A DNA stretch of 64,000 nt, taken from positions 496,001-560,000 of the forward strand of contig NIVC01000169.1 in assembly GCA_002269645.1 (NCBI GenBank), in the 5' to 3' direction. The notes beneath the pieces are model-generated. The model was not told the DNA's origin. It ran no database searches and worked only from the letters and a program-made list of their open reading frames with translations. This DNA is from Macrostomum lignano (taxonomy: Eukaryota). The position numbers were made by a program, and so were the translations under genes. Positions 34,201 to 46,632 of this stretch are shown piece after piece (positions within the stretch are counted from its first letter, which is position 1; each line of letters starts with the position of its first letter).

Positions 34201-37200
34201 AAGTTTCTGTTGTCATGACAACAGGGTTGAGAAAAACTGCATGGCAATTGTGAGAGTCTGCGGAGAGAGAGAAGAGAGAAAAAAGCAGATATGCAATATT
34301 CTCCCAATATACGAGCTAGTTCCCTCCCTCCCCAACCCAACCAGATGCACTCCCGAATCCCTGAAACCAGCTGTTTGAATAAGCGCGGAGCAGATGTGAA
34401 AATTCCTTTTATAAACAGAAAACCTGCCTCCCGCCTCTATCCCCGTTTTTTGTTCACGTCAAAATGGCATAACTGCAATGGCAGCAGTTTGCGACTCAAT
34501 TTGATGCCGGATTTGAGAATTCTTCCGTTGCCATGACAACGGATTTCTTGCTCAGCTACGCGCGCAGGCATGCATACAAAAATGAGGAAAATGTTGAACT
34601 AAAGCAAACATGCATAAATTTGTATGAATTAAATCAGACGGAATTTTCAGCCAATAACCCGGGATCATTATAATATAACTGTTTTAGCTGTCACCTGTGC
34701 GGAATTGCTGGAATTCTCCGCGATCGTCTTGAATAGCTCGTCGCACGTGATTGGCACAATACCTCTGGAGTGTTGGCGTTTGGGAAGGGGGAGTGAAGGT
34801 GCAATTAGTGTTTCATGATATTTATGGCGTTTTTGTGACCGCACTGTGCAGATCACACAGTAGTATCTACCCATATTAGCTCAGAATTTCACTCTATTAG
34901 ATGCAATGTATCAGCTTAACCTAAAATCTATTAGCTACCCTCTATTAGCTACCCTCTATTGGCTACCCTCTATTAGCTACCCTCTATTAGCTACCCTCTA
35001 TTAGCTACCCTCTATTAGCTACCCTCTATTAGCTACCCTCTATTAGCTACCCTCTATTAGCTACCCTCTATTAGCTACCCTCTATTAGCTACCCTCTATT
35101 AGCTACCCTCTATTAGCTACCCTCTAATAGCTACCCTCCATTAGCTACCCTCTATTAGCTACCCTCTATTGGCTACCCTCTATTAGATGCAATGTATTAG
35201 CTAAACCTAAAATCTATTAGCTACCCTCTATTAGCTACCCTCTATTGGCTACCCTCTATTAGATGCAATGTATTAGCTAAACCTAAAATCTATTAGCTAC
35301 CCTCTATTAGCTACCCTCTATTAGCTACCCTCTATTAGCTACCCTCTATTAGCTACCCTCTATTAGCTACCCTCTATTAGCTACCCTCTATTAGCTACCC
35401 TCTATTAGCTACCCTCTATTAGCTACCCTCTATTAGCTACCCTCTATTAGCTACCCTCTATTAGCTACCCTCTATTAGCTACCCTCTATTAGCTACCCTC
35501 TATTAGCTACCCTCTATTAGCTACCCTCTATTAGCTACCCTCTATTAGCTACCCTCTATTAGCTACCCTCTATTAGATGCAATGTATTAGCTAAACCTAA
35601 AATCTATTAGCTACCCTCTATTAGCTACCCTCTATTGGCTACCCTCTATTAGATGCAATGTATTAGCTAAACCTAAAATCTATTAGCTACCCTCTATTAG
35701 CTACCCTCTATTAGCTACCCTCTATTAGCTACCCTCTATTAGCTACCCTCTATTAGCTACCCTCTATTAGCTACCCTCTATTAGCTACCCTCTATTAGCT
35801 ACCCTCTATTAGCTACCCTCTATTAGCTACCCTCTATTAGCTACCCTCTATTAGCTACCCTCTATTAGCTACCCTCTATTAGCTACCCTCTAATAGCTAC
35901 CCTCCATTAGCTACCCTCTATTAGCTACCCTCCATTAGCTACCCTCTAATAGCTTACCCTAAAATCTATTAGCTATTCTCCATTAGCCAACCTATTAGAC
36001 ACCCCCATTAGACACCCCCATTAGCCAACCCCATATTCACATAGCAACATGAATAAACCTGTTGCTGCCGTAGCCAACCATCGAATACGATTTTCCCGCG
36101 CCAGTCTGTCCGTAGGCGAACAGGGAGCAATTGTAGCCAAGGAAGGCGTTGTTAAGGACGCCCTGGCCTAGGTCGCCAAACACTCGCTTCTGGCTGGCGT
36201 AGTTCGAGCTGGCCGACTGCGGCTCGAGCACTCCGTCCGGCCTCTCTTCGAATCCGTCATGCGACCTAAAAAAAGTACAGGTTGTCAGGACAATTACTGC
36301 AGAATATCAGCCGTGAAGACTTCGATTTAGCGCACTAACCAGTAGGAATAGTCGAATGCGAACGTCTTGACGTCTGAAGGATCTGAAATATTTGGGATTC
36401 GTTTTGTTATAATTTTTTTATTTTGGTACTTTATTAAACTGCTGCCACTTACATATAGCTATTTCTAGCGAAACTGCATGACTGATATATGTCTGACATA
36501 AAAAGTGAAACGTCAGGAATGAAAGCGAGATGTCAGGAATAGAAGTACAATGTCAGGGCAGAAATCGAAATGTCAGGGAACGAAGTGAGATGTCAGGGAA
36601 GGAATCGAGATGTCAGGGAAGGAATCGAGATGTCAGGGAAGGAATCGAGGTGTCAGTGAAGGAAGTGAGATGTCAGGGCAGGAATAGAGATGTCAGGGAA
36701 CGAAGTGAGATGTCAGGGAACGAAATTAGATGTCAGGGAAGAAATTGAGATATCAGTGAAGGAAGTGAGATGTCAGGGAGAGAAGTGAGACGTCAGGGAA
36801 GAAAAAAAAGATGTCAGAAAGGAAGTGAGATGTCAGGGAAGAAAGAAAGATGTCAGAAAGGAAGTGAGATGTCAGGGAAGGAATCGAGATGTCAGAAAGA
36901 AAGTGAGATGTCAGGGAAGATAGAGAGATGTCAGAAAGGAAGTGAGATGTCAGGGAAGAAAGAGAGATGTCAGAAAGGAAGTGAGATGTCAGGGAAGGAA
37001 TCGAGATGTCAGAAAGGAAGTGAGATGTCAGGGAAGGAATCGAGATGTCAGAAAGGAAGTGAGATGTCAGGGAAGGAATCGAGATGTCAGAAAGGAATCG
37101 AGATGTCAGGGAAGGAATCGAGATGTCAGGGAAGGAAGTGAGATGTCAGGGAACGAAGTGAGATGTCAGGGAACGAAGTGAGATGTCAGGGAAGGAAGTG

Positions 37201-37549
37201 AGATGTCAGGGAAGGAAGTGAGATGTCAGGGAGCGAAGTGAGATGTCAGGGAGCGAAGTGAGATGCCAGGGAAGGAAGAGTGATATTATGACAGCTAATA
37301 TCATACAGCCCCAAAGAGATAAAATACTGGATAAAAAATTAACTCACTGTCAGGGTTAGTTATAGCTGTATTTTTGTCCTGCATTTGAATGATGAGTTTA
37401 GCCTGACGGTCCTTCTCTCTCTGGTTGAATGGCCGAACTCTGACTGCTACTTTCACACTGAAATTTTGTGATACGAGGGCCAGATTAGCGTGTACAAAAA
37501 CTATTTAAATGTATTTATTCGAATGAACGACTTACGATTCTTCCGACAT
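19241..37549 (-). CDS. KIF28: Kinesin-3 family motor, KIF28/KLP-6-like, 16 exons, about 1045 aa (motor, FHA, KIF1B-type region, C-terminal CaaX)
   Basis: Exons 37549-37536, 37457-37348, 36382-36340, 36265-36059, 34764-34695, 32178-31845, 31234-31039, 30417-30267, 28985-28889, 28806-28703, 24439-24100, 23473-23330, 23239-23095, 21840-21249, 20825-20397 and 19402-19241; total 3138 nt, all phases consistent. Motifs: [25 protein letters not shown]-loop [37 protein letters not shown] + [24 protein letters not shown]. Confidence 0.9.
19540..20375. repeat. 9-bp two-variant array (ATCACAGGT/ATCACAAGC), kinesin intron 15
   Basis: Tandem 9-mers. Confidence 0.95.
20872..21209. repeat. 23-bp array (GGGTCCAGGTAGGTTTAGATTGT), kinesin intron 14
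   Basis: Tandem copies. Confidence 0.95.
22526..22730. repeat. 41-bp array, 5 copies (CGTCACTACAGCACAGCGAGACCAGCTAGCTCACCTACACC), kinesin intron 13
   Basis: Exact tandem copies. Confidence 0.95.
23575..24075. repeat. Degenerate about 25-bp array with TGATTGGCTA core, kinesin intron 11
   Basis: Recurrent CTCTGATTGGCTAG. Confidence 0.8.
24935..28433 (+). mobile_element. Full-length P-superfamily (THAP9-like) DNA transposon, 3499 bp
   Basis: Perfect 30-bp TIR CACAGACCAATAAGTATAACTAGACTGCGC at 24935-24964 and, inverted, at 28404-28433. 8-bp TSD GGTAATAG at 24927-24934 and 28434-28441. Encodes a THAP + RNase H-type transposase. Confidence 0.95.
25213..28049 (+). pseudogene. THAP-domain P-element transposase split by a single -1 frameshift near 26197
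   Basis: ORF1: C2CH THAP ([27 protein letters not shown]), coiled coil, [31 protein letters not shown]2 frame: [62 protein letters not shown]. Confidence 0.88.
29290..30205 (+). mobile_element. 3'-truncated Ty3/Gypsy-type LTR retrotransposon remnant (LTR end, PBS, gag N-terminus), antisense to the kinesin, in intron 8
   Basis: TG at 29290 to ACTACA ending 29424, then TGGTCCGGTGAGGCGG (PBS-like) at 29428. The ORF from 29490 has [49 protein letters not shown] (Gypsy gag-like). It runs into host TC-rich repeat at about 30205; no pol and no 3' LTR. Confidence 0.8.
30580..30900 (-). mobile_element. Second SINE-like dispersed repeat family (Pol III B box)
   Basis: Minus strand: GGTGTAGGGCAGCG (A-box-like) and GGTTCGATTCGCGGCCGC (B box). 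Segment 30653-30719 is a reverse-complement near-copy of 17055-17120. Confidence 0.5.
31265..31817. repeat. 14-bp array (GAGACAGGTATTCG), kinesin intron 6
   Basis: Fills nearly the whole intron. Confidence 0.95.
32180..33010. repeat. About 14-bp G-rich array (GGGTGTGGGGACAC) in two blocks (32180-32340, 32585-33010), kinesin intron 5
   Basis: Tandem variants. Confidence 0.92.
33317..33444 (-). pseudogene. 18S rRNA fragment (about 130 bp, around V7), not a functional rRNA gene
   Basis: Minus strand reads ATGCATGGCCGTTCTTAGTTGGTGGAGCGATTTGTCTGGTTCATTCCGATAGAGAACGAGACTC...ACTTCTTAGAGGGACAAGCGGC, two highly conserved eukaryotic SSU blocks in the correct order. The flanks are not rDNA. Confidence 0.88.
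34207..34224. promoter_or_regulatory. RFX X-box-like palindrome
   Basis: Perfect 18-bp palindrome CTGTTGTCATGACAACAG containing GTTGTCATGACAAC. Confidence 0.45.
34527..34540. promoter_or_regulatory. RFX X-box-like motif
   Basis: GTTGCCATGACAAC, one mismatch from the canonical GTTGCCATGGCAAC. Confidence 0.5.
34890..36030. repeat. 14-bp array (CTATTAGCTACCCT) with higher-order interruptions, kinesin intron 4
   Basis: Tandem copies with a recurring AGATGCAATGTATTAGCTAAACCTAAAATC cassette. Confidence 0.95.
36510..37272. repeat. 20-bp array (GAGATGTCAGGGAAGGAAGT), kinesin intron 2
   Basis: Tandem variants. Confidence 0.95.
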
Positions 37550-40004
37550 GGCTATAGTTCAGTAGCTCAGTCAGTCAAAGCTGATTTTTAGGCGATCGAT
37601 ATACTGCAGCAGCTAATAAAAATAGCGCAGTTACGATTTAAACGATAATATTATATAAGTTCAACTTTACCCTTACATACGGCTCGTATAACAATATGAA
37701 AAAGTAAAGTCTTTGGATTTTATTTTATTTCCATGTATTACTATGTTTTCAGGATTTACTAAAGCTATTTTTAGAAGAATTAAAAAATTCTATGCCTAAA
37801 TTTTTAGTCAAAAATTTTAAGCTTAGTGCAAAATTGAGGACAGATCAATCAAAATTTGTTTGCAAAATACTCTAGCTCTCTTGTATTTTTACTTAAATTT
37901 ACACTTTTCGCTTTTTACCGAAGTTGATATGATTATATTTTGATAAAACTTTTTTGATTCAAAAAAGCTTCACATTTTTACCTTTGAAGTAATAAAATAG
38001 ATGTGATAAATTTCAAAAATTCGAGATACATGTTCGTTCAATTTAAAAATACGTTTTATGGATTTCCAATGCGGATTGATTTTTGCTCTACTGTAAAATT
38101 GATTCTGTCAGTAGAAAATTTAGGTTATTATGCACTTTAGTTTAGTTTGTGCTCTTGTAATACTTATCAATATGCCAAAATGGTTATACTGAGGCTTGCA
38201 ATTTTCCGGGTTCGATGAACAATATTTTTTAAATATTTTATAAGCATTAAAAGTTCTTTTCAATACCATAATCGGGGCATATTTTTGTAAATCTGCACAT
38301 TAAATATTTATCAGATTCTATTCATTTTTGACCTTAGCGGACTTTTCCGAACTATTATTTTGCTAAAAATATTTCGTCCGTACAACTTTCAAACTATATA
38401 TCAACGTATAAATCGTTTGGTCAATCGTTTGACTTTGATTTTAAATGATACATGTACGCTCGCATATTCTGAAATTACAGTTTTATCATTGTAACCATAT
38501 ATTTTAAAAGTTTTTTTGCTGGATGTAAATCAAAATAAGTCAGTGGCGGAGCCAGTATTTCTTGGGGTACATGTAAACTCCTTGAAATGATATAATATAA
38601 GTAAATAAAAAGTTCCGAACATTATTTGAAAAAATTTTTGGGTTGTGTTGCACCCCTTGGATCCCACAAAAATCAGAATAAATAGATTGATTATGCAATA
38701 GTGAATTGCTTTTGTCAAAATTGTCTCTGCATACTAAAAGTAGTAAAGATGAAGCATCTACATGAATCAGTAGGTATCAGCCAAATCCAGCCCTCGGGTT
38801 CTTTGAAACTTTACAATCGCAATCCGGCCCGCTCAATGTCTGTCTCTTCTCAGCTCTCTTCTCTCTTCTCTCTTGTCTCGCCTCTTCTCTCTCCCCTCTT
38901 CTCTCTCCCCTCTTCTCTCATCTCTCATCTTTTATTCTCTCTCCTTTCCACTCCTAGGCCCCGCAGTCGTGAGCTGAATTCTTTATCTGGTGATAAAGGT
39001 AAAAAAGTTTGTCAACCGATGTCCATAGAATTCTAGATATTAACTAGATTTACAAATCTGGATAAATTCTCCAATGACCTGGTCATGAGATATCAATGTC
39101 ATGAGATTTGAGTTGGCCCCGCAGTCGAGGTTTTAGCGCTATTTCGGCACCACAAGAGAGATGTCTATTCTGTCCTGGGAGGTCCTAATCTAGATGGGTC
39201 AACCCCCATTGCCGTAGGCAACTTCCGCCCCCTATTTCGTGAAATTGTCACAGCGCTTGCAGCCGCAAGAACACTGTATTGAGGATACAGGTGCATTCGA
39301 ATTGCAATTGTGACAAAAAGGATTTTGTCATTCTTTCCAACTTAGCCCAACTATGAGTTATGTTATTAGGTCGTAAAATAAGGGGGCCAGTGCCTGCCTG
39401 CCTGCCACCCGCACTGAGCAAAGACCGCGCTAGATGGAGATTCATTCAACAGATCCTCCCCGAGGCGGGACAGCGGGGCAGCTGAAATCAATTCCCTTTC
39501 CCTAACTCTCCCCACCCCATCCCGGCATCGCTGGGAATTGGGGTGGGCTGGTTTTGCTCACGCTATTGGGATTATTACTGCCCAAACACACTTGTACGCC
39601 ATTTTTCAGCTGCCCATTTTCCCGTATTTTATACTATTTTAACTATAGTTATGTCTTGCCTGTTCAGCGCCAACGGGCAGACTTAAGGCTGGGCATTTTT
39701 CCCTTTCCCAATATCTTTTTCCTTACAGTTGATTCCCACGTCCACGTGGAAGCACGTGGGAGGCTGCAGCAGCACCTTTCGCTGGCGTGGGAACCGCTGA
39801 TAGTAGGAGAACGAATATTATTTGCGGCAATCGTAACAATAAAACAAAACCGACTTCGAAACCGAAGAATAAGAGTAGAAATATTATAAAAGGTCAAAAA
39901 AGTAATTAAAACTATATGAAATTTATTCGGATCAATATAGTTCGTATTTCACATCAGCGCTTTCTAATGTCTAAACTTCCCAATCCCCAAAACTTCTTAA
40001 TACC

Positions 40005-40760
40005 AAAAACTTCCCAATCCTCAAGAATTCCCAGTCCTCAAGAATTCCCAATCCTCAAGAATTCCCAATCCTCAGGAATTCCCAATCCTCAAGAATTCCC
40101 AATCCTCAAGAATTCCCAATCCTCAAGAATTCCCAATCTTCAAGAATTCCCACTCCTCGAAACTTCCCAATCCCCGAAACTTCCCAATCCCCAAAACTTC
40201 CCAATCCCCGAAACTTCCCAATCCCCAAAACTTCCCAATCCCCGAAACTTCCCAATCCCCAAAACTTCCCAATCCCCGAAACTTCCCAATCCCCAAAACT
40301 TCCCAATCCCCGAAAAATCCCAATCCCCAAAACTTCCCAATCCCCGAAACTTCCCAATCCCCAAAACTTCCCAATCCCCGAAACTTCCCAATCCCCAAAA
40401 CTTCCCAATCCCCGAAACTTCCCAATCCCCAAAACTTCCCAATCCCCGAAACTTCCCAATCCCCAAAACTTCCCAATCCCCGAAACTTCCCAATCCCCAA
40501 AACTTCCCAATCCCCGAAACTTCCCAATCCCCAAAACTTCCCAATCCCCGAAAAATCCCAATCCCCAAAACTTCCCAATCCCCGAAACTTCCCAATCCCC
40601 AAAACTTCCCAATCCCCGAAACTTCCCAATCCCCAAAACTTCCCAATCCCCGAAACTTCCCAATCCCCAAAACTTCCCAATCCCCGAAACTTCCCAATCC
40701 CCAAAACTTCCCAATCCTCGAAACTTCCCAATCCCCAAAACTTCCCAATCCTCATTCCCA
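40005..40760. repeat. 17-bp array (TTCCCAATCCCCRAAAC)
   Basis: Tandem copies. Confidence 0.95.
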
Positions 40761-41467
40761 AAAAACTTCCCGAATTCTCAAAATCTCAGGAAAAACTGAT
40801 TTCAAAATTGAATAAATGCATTTAGGTGCAAAAGTACTTGCCAAATTTTATATATAAATGCAATTTACAGTCGGCATGAACACGAGCTCGAGCTAAATGC
40901 ATTAGCATTATTAGTAAATTCGAATCAAGGACATGGCGCACCCATCCCCAGTGGTTTGAGCCAGTCTAGCAAACTTTCACTTGGAAACAGCAAAAAACAC
41001 TTATGCAAAATAACTATAAATATGTTGAAATGTTGTCTATCTGTGTTACATTTTGGACAGTTTGTCTACATACTGCAGCTCCGGCGTGAAAGCTGGCATA
41101 TCAGTGTTTATGATATCCTGGATTCACCGTGTGCCTGCTAATACCGAAAGTTGGAGCAGGTGATTTTAAAGCAGACTAAAAAGCAACCTATTGGAGTTTC
41201 AGTTACTAATAATAATCATATAGTCCTGGATAAATAAATAATCCGATTCGGCAGACAATTCGTGTCGCCAAACGATTTCACGAGAACGGAATTATCCCAA
41301 TGTTTTCAGTTCCCGTCATAACTTCTTATACTCTTCGAGTCAGACAGAAAAGTCTGCAGTCTGCCATCTGAATTGCTAATTCTGTGCGGAGTCACCTACG
41401 CTGGAAAATAAAAAACTGTTTTTGGTTTCTTTTAAATTCCCTTTAGCTTCCTTCCTAAAGTTTTCCT

Positions 41468-42695
41468 GGGTGAGGGAGCGGAAATCCCCAGTGAGGGAGC
41501 GGAGATCCTCAGTGAAGGAGCGGAGATCCTCAGTGCGGGAGCGGAGATCCTCAGTGAAGGAGCGGAGATCCTCAGTGAAGGAGCGGAGATCCTCAGTGAA
41601 GGAGCGGAAATCCCCAGTGAGGGAGCGGAGATCCTCAGTGAAGGAGCGGAGATCCTCAGTGCGGGAGCGGAGATCCTCAGTGAAGGAGCGGAGATCCTCA
41701 ATGAAATGGCGGAGATCCTCAATGAAATGGCGGAGATCCTCAGTGAAGGAGCGGAGATTCTCAGTGAAGGAGCGGAGATCCTCAATGAAATGGCGGAGAT
41801 CCTCAGTGCGGGAGCGGAGATCCTCAGTGCGGAAGCGGAGATCCTCAGTGCGGGAGCGGAGATCCTCAGTGAAGGAGCGGAGATTCTCAGTGAAGGAGCG
41901 GAGATCCTCAATGAAATGGCGGAGATCCTCAGTGCGGGAGCGGAGATTCTCAGTGAGGGAGCGGAGATCCTCAATGAAATGGCGGAGATCCTCAGTGAAG
42001 GAGCGGAGATTCTCAGTGAAGGAGCGGAGATCCTCAATGAAATGGCGGAGATCCTCAGTGCGGGAGCGGAGATCCTCAGTGCGGGAGCGGAGATCCTCAA
42101 TGAAATGGCGGAGATCCTCAGTGCGGGAGCGGAGATCCTCAGTGCGGGAGCGGAGATCCTCAGTGAAGGAGCGGAGATTCTCAGTGAAGGAGCGGAGATC
42201 CTCAGTGCGGGAGCGGAGATCCTCAGTGAAGGAGCGGAGATTCTCAGTGAGGGAGCGGAGATCCTCAGTGAAGGAGCGGAGATCCTCAGTGAGGGAGCGG
42301 AGATCCTCAGTGAAGGAGCGGAGATCCTCAGTGAAGGAGCGGAGATCCTCAGTGAGGGAGCGGAGATCCTCAGTGAAGGAGCGGAGATCCTCAGTGAGGG
42401 AGCGGAGATCCTCAGTGAGGGAGCGGAGATCCTCAGTGAAGGAGCGGAGATCCTCAGTGAGGGAGCGGAGATCCTCAGTGAAGGAGCGGAGATCCTCAGT
42501 GAGGGAGCGGAGATCCTCAGTGAGGGAGCGGAGATCCTCAGTGAAGAAGCGGAGATCCTCAGTGAAGGAGCGGAGATCCTCAGTGAGGGAGCGGAGATCC
42601 TCAGTGAGGGAGCGGAGATCCTCAGTGAAGAAGCGGAGATCCTCAATGAAATGGCGGAGATCCTCAGTGAAGGAGCGGAGATTCTCAGTGAAGGA
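41468..42695. repeat. 21-bp array (GAGCGGAGATCCTCAGTGAAG)
   Basis: About 58 tandem variants. Confidence 0.95.
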
Positions 42696-43204
42696 GTAGA
42701 GACAGCAGAAAAGTTGGGCAATTCCAGTGAAGGAACATTCCAACGCCACAATAGCATGAATTATTAATGACCCGTCCAGACTTCAGACTCGAAACGAAAG
42801 CTCGAGTTTTAGTTTAAAAAACTGACCGAACGGATTCAGACAACAAGCAAGACACAATAATACTCGAAATTATAACAAAACTAACACGGCAAGAAGTTTC
42901 TATGCGGGCAGTTGGGGGGGGGGGGGGGTCGCGACATGCTCAACTGTCTGAGTTTTCTGCACGTCGCATCGACGCCAGTCTGCAGCGGCTAAATTTCGAG
43001 TTTCTGGGGTTGGGCAGCATGGAACTGTCTGGCTCGAGACAGCGCTTGCTCGGCAGGGAGTACTAGATATGAAGTGGCATCTGGAGCTGGAGTATCAAGG
43101 GGCGCTCAAAGATGGCGCGCAACATTCATAACACAGCTCCTCATATCGCTTCACTCATTACCGCACCAACTTCACAACACAAAAATTTCACAAGACATAA
43201 CCTT

Positions 43205-43715
43205 ATTATAAGACCTAAACTTCATTAGACTTAAACTTCACAAGAACTAAACTTCATTAGACCTAAACTTCATTAGACCTAAACTTCATTAGACTTAAAC
43301 TTCATTAGACCTAAACTTCATTAGACCTAAACTTCATTAGACTTAAACTTCACAAGAACTAAACTTCATTAGACCTAAACTTCATTAGACCTAAACTTCA
43401 TTAGACTTAAACTTCACAAGAACTAAACTTCATTAGACCTAAACTTCATTAGACCTAAACTTCATTAGACATAAACTTCATTAGACCTAAACTTCATTAG
43501 ACCTAAACTTCATTAGACCTAAACTTCATTAGACCTAAACTTCATCAGACCTAAACTTCATTAGACCTAAACTTCATTAGACCTAAACTTCATTAGACCT
43601 AAACTTCATTAGACCTAAACTTCATTAGACCTAAACTTCATTAGACCTAAACTTCATTAGACCTAAACTTCATTAGACTTAAACTTCACAAGACCTAAAC
43701 TTCATTAGACCTAAA
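43205..43715. repeat. 16-bp array (AGACCTAAACTTCATT)
   Basis: Tandem copies. Confidence 0.95.
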
Positions 43716-44559
43716 ACACAAGACATGGACCTTAAACTTCACAAAAGTCTAAAATCTTTTTGGGATAAACAAAAATAAAAAATTAAGAGATTTAACTTTT
43801 TAAAGTTTTGCCGACAATTAGTTCGCCACTAGCCAATATTCATCTCTGAACGCCATGAGCATTGGGAACGGGGGCAGTTTTATAACTGTTATATATAAGC
43901 GCCAGATTTTCATCTGCATGTGGCGTCGTGCTTTTTGCTAAACAAGCAGCTTGACAAATAATTTTGTGTTATTCTTGCTTTACATTTCTTATATAGTAAA
44001 CACATTCGGTGGGGAGGGCCCTGGCGACTAAATATAGGTAATGACTGCTAGATAAGGGAATGTGGGGAGGGGGGCAAACTCAGGTACCAGCAGCTATAGC
44101 TCGTATATCCCCCATGTCCGGCAAAAACTGCCCCAGCATGTTTTTCCAGAACCGCCACCACAAACACGGGAGTCTGCGACTGTCTCAACCTCCCTTGGGG
44201 GAGGGGGCATTATTAGCAAGAAATCCCTGCCCATGCGGAGACAGGCAGTCTCGCCTCTTAGCTGGCATGGCGGCAACTCTCTGTCCAAACAAGTCCTCGT
44301 CTGGACAGAGACAGCGAGCGGCGTGCTTCAATCAGGGAGCCGTCGTGCGAGCAGTTTATAGCGGTGCTGGCGCTAGTTGCTCATTCGCGAGTTCCCCCAG
44401 CCGCGGAGTGCAGACTCTTGGAGCCTCGGAGATGCGGGAAAGATTAGAGTATGCGAGGAAACTAGCATTTTTGTTTTTATTCATTTTCTCTTCTTCGCAG
44501 AAAAACCGAGAACTAAAAACTTTGAAAAAATTGTAAAATGGAAGAAATTCATGGCGCCA

Positions 44560-45140
44560 CTGGTTTTCTTGTCATCGCCACCGTAAGGAACTTCTGGCGC
44601 CACTATAAGGAACTTCTGGCGCCACTGTAAGGAACTTCTGGCGCCACTGGAAGAAACTCCTAGCGCCACTGTAAGGAACTTCTGACGCCACTGGAAGGAA
44701 CTCCTAGCGCCATAGGAAGGAACTTCTGGCGCCACTGGAAGGAACTTCTGATGCCACTGGAACTGGAAGGAACTTCTGGCGCCACCGTAACGAACTTCTG
44801 ACGCCACTGTAAGGAACTTCTGGCGCCACTGGAAGAAACTCCTAGCGCCACTGTAAGGAACTTCTGACGCCACTGGAAGGAACTCCTAGCGCCACCGTAA
44901 CGAACTTCTGACGCCACTGGAAGAAACTCCTAGCGCCACCGTAACGAACTTCTGACGCCACTGTAAGGAACTTCTGGCGCCACTGGAAGAAACTCCTAGC
45001 GCCACTGTAAGGAACTTCTGACGCCACTGGAAGGAACTCCTAGCGCCATAGGAAGGAACTTCTGGCGCCACTGGAAGGAACTTCTGATGCCACTGGAACT
45101 GGAAGGAACTTCTAGCACCACTGGAAGGAATTTTTGGCAC
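44560..45140. repeat. About 22-bp array (GGAACTTCTGGCGCCACTGTAA)
   Basis: Tandem variants. Confidence 0.92.
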
Positions 45141-45837
45141 CTAATTATAGGAACTTTTGAAACTTAGAAGGCACTTAGGCACTTAGACTTACCTACCATA
45201 TTAATACTAATAATTTTGCAGCTATATATTTATTAGTGCGTGACTGACGGTGGCTGGCTTTGGAACACGCGACTTTTACATAAATAACCTCATGGTTCTC
45301 GCACTCAATCTTGTCTAGAAATGCCCAATATGAAGGCATTGTGTGTGTCTCGCATTTGAGCTCGCCGGACCGAACGATCACTTTGACAATGTGCTGTAAA
45401 AGTCAAACCAGCAGCTCATCAAAATCAGTCAATCCGATTGCTATAGTATAATATATATATAATACGGTGATGCAACAGTGTTGCAAACCCATTCATAGCG
45501 CCAATCAAACACGGGGCACCCGCAGATTTTCGGCTCTTTTAAAAATCGGTGCCTGCCCTGTCTGCGGTCACAAATAGATTTATCACATTGTAAACTGTGC
45601 ATGGCTCCTGCATGTGGCGCCCCCCCCCACCAACCACCTCATCTTCAACCCGGATCACTGCCCTGATTGCGCAACAGGCTTCCCATGTCTCCGCGATTTC
45701 AATACCCTTTTCACATTTCCTCCCATCTGCAGCGCGCGGGCATGCGATGTTCAACTCTCTCTTGTGAATAGAGAAGCTGAAACTGGATCAAATATTTTCA
45801 GCATTCCTGATGGCTGAGCTGACTCAAAACCTCATCA

Positions 45838-46632
45838 ATCCCAAGCTTCACAATCCCGAAGCCTCACAATCCCGAAGCTTCACAACCCCCAAGCTTCACA
45901 ACCCCCAAGCTTCACAACCCCCAAGCTTCACAACCCCCAAGCTTCACAACCCCAAGCTTCACAACATCCAAGCTTCACAACCCCCAAGCTTCACAATATC
46001 CAAGCTTCACAACATCCAAGCTTCACAACCCCCAAGCTTCACAACCCCCAAGCTTCACAACCCCCAAGCTTCACAACCCCCAAGCTTCACAACCCCCAAG
46101 CTTCACAACCCCCAAGCTTCACAACCCCCAAGCTTCACAACCCCCAAGCTTCACAACCCCCAAGCTTCACAACCCCCAAGCTTCACAACCCCCAAGCTTC
46201 ACAACCCCCAAGCTTCACAACCCCCAAGCTTCACAACCCCCAAGCTTCACAACCCCCAAGCTTCACAACCCCCAAGCTTCACAACCCCCAAGCTTCACAA
46301 CCCCCAAGCTTCACAACCCCCAAGCTTCACAACCCCCAAGCTTCACAACCCCAAGCTTCACAACCCCCAAGCTTCACAACCCCCAAGCTTCACAACCCCA
46401 AGCTTCACAACCCCCAAGCTTCACAACCCCCAAGCTTCACAACATCCAAGCTTCACAACCCCCAAGCTTCACAACATCCAAGCTTCACAACATCCAAGCT
46501 TCACGACCCCAAGCTTCACAACCCCCAAGCTTCACAACCCCCAAGTTTCACAACCCCCAAGCTTCACAACCCCCAAGCTTCACAACCCCTAAGCTTCACA
46601 ACCCCCAAGCTTCACAATTTCGAAGCTTCCCA
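45838..46632. repeat. 15-bp array (CCCCAAGCTTCACAA)
   Basis: Tandem copies. Confidence 0.95.

Noticed and set aside
38539-38665. CAGTGGCGGAGCCAG, a Harbinger/Tourist-like MITE end
   Set aside because: No matching complete opposite terminus seen.
41376-42767. Four long ORFs (353-457 aa), including heptad-like TEDLRSF / AEILSEG coiled-coil mimics
   Set aside because: All derive from one 21-bp array open in several frames on both strands, with no unique coding flanks or supporting exons. I cannot fully exclude translation.
44060-44536. GC-rich ORFs upstream of the 22-bp array
   Set aside because: No recognisable domain and no phase-consistent partner exons found.
45614-45817. CPDC-containing 67-aa ORF suggesting a zinc finger
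   Set aside because: Lacks the second pair of ligands; short and isolated.
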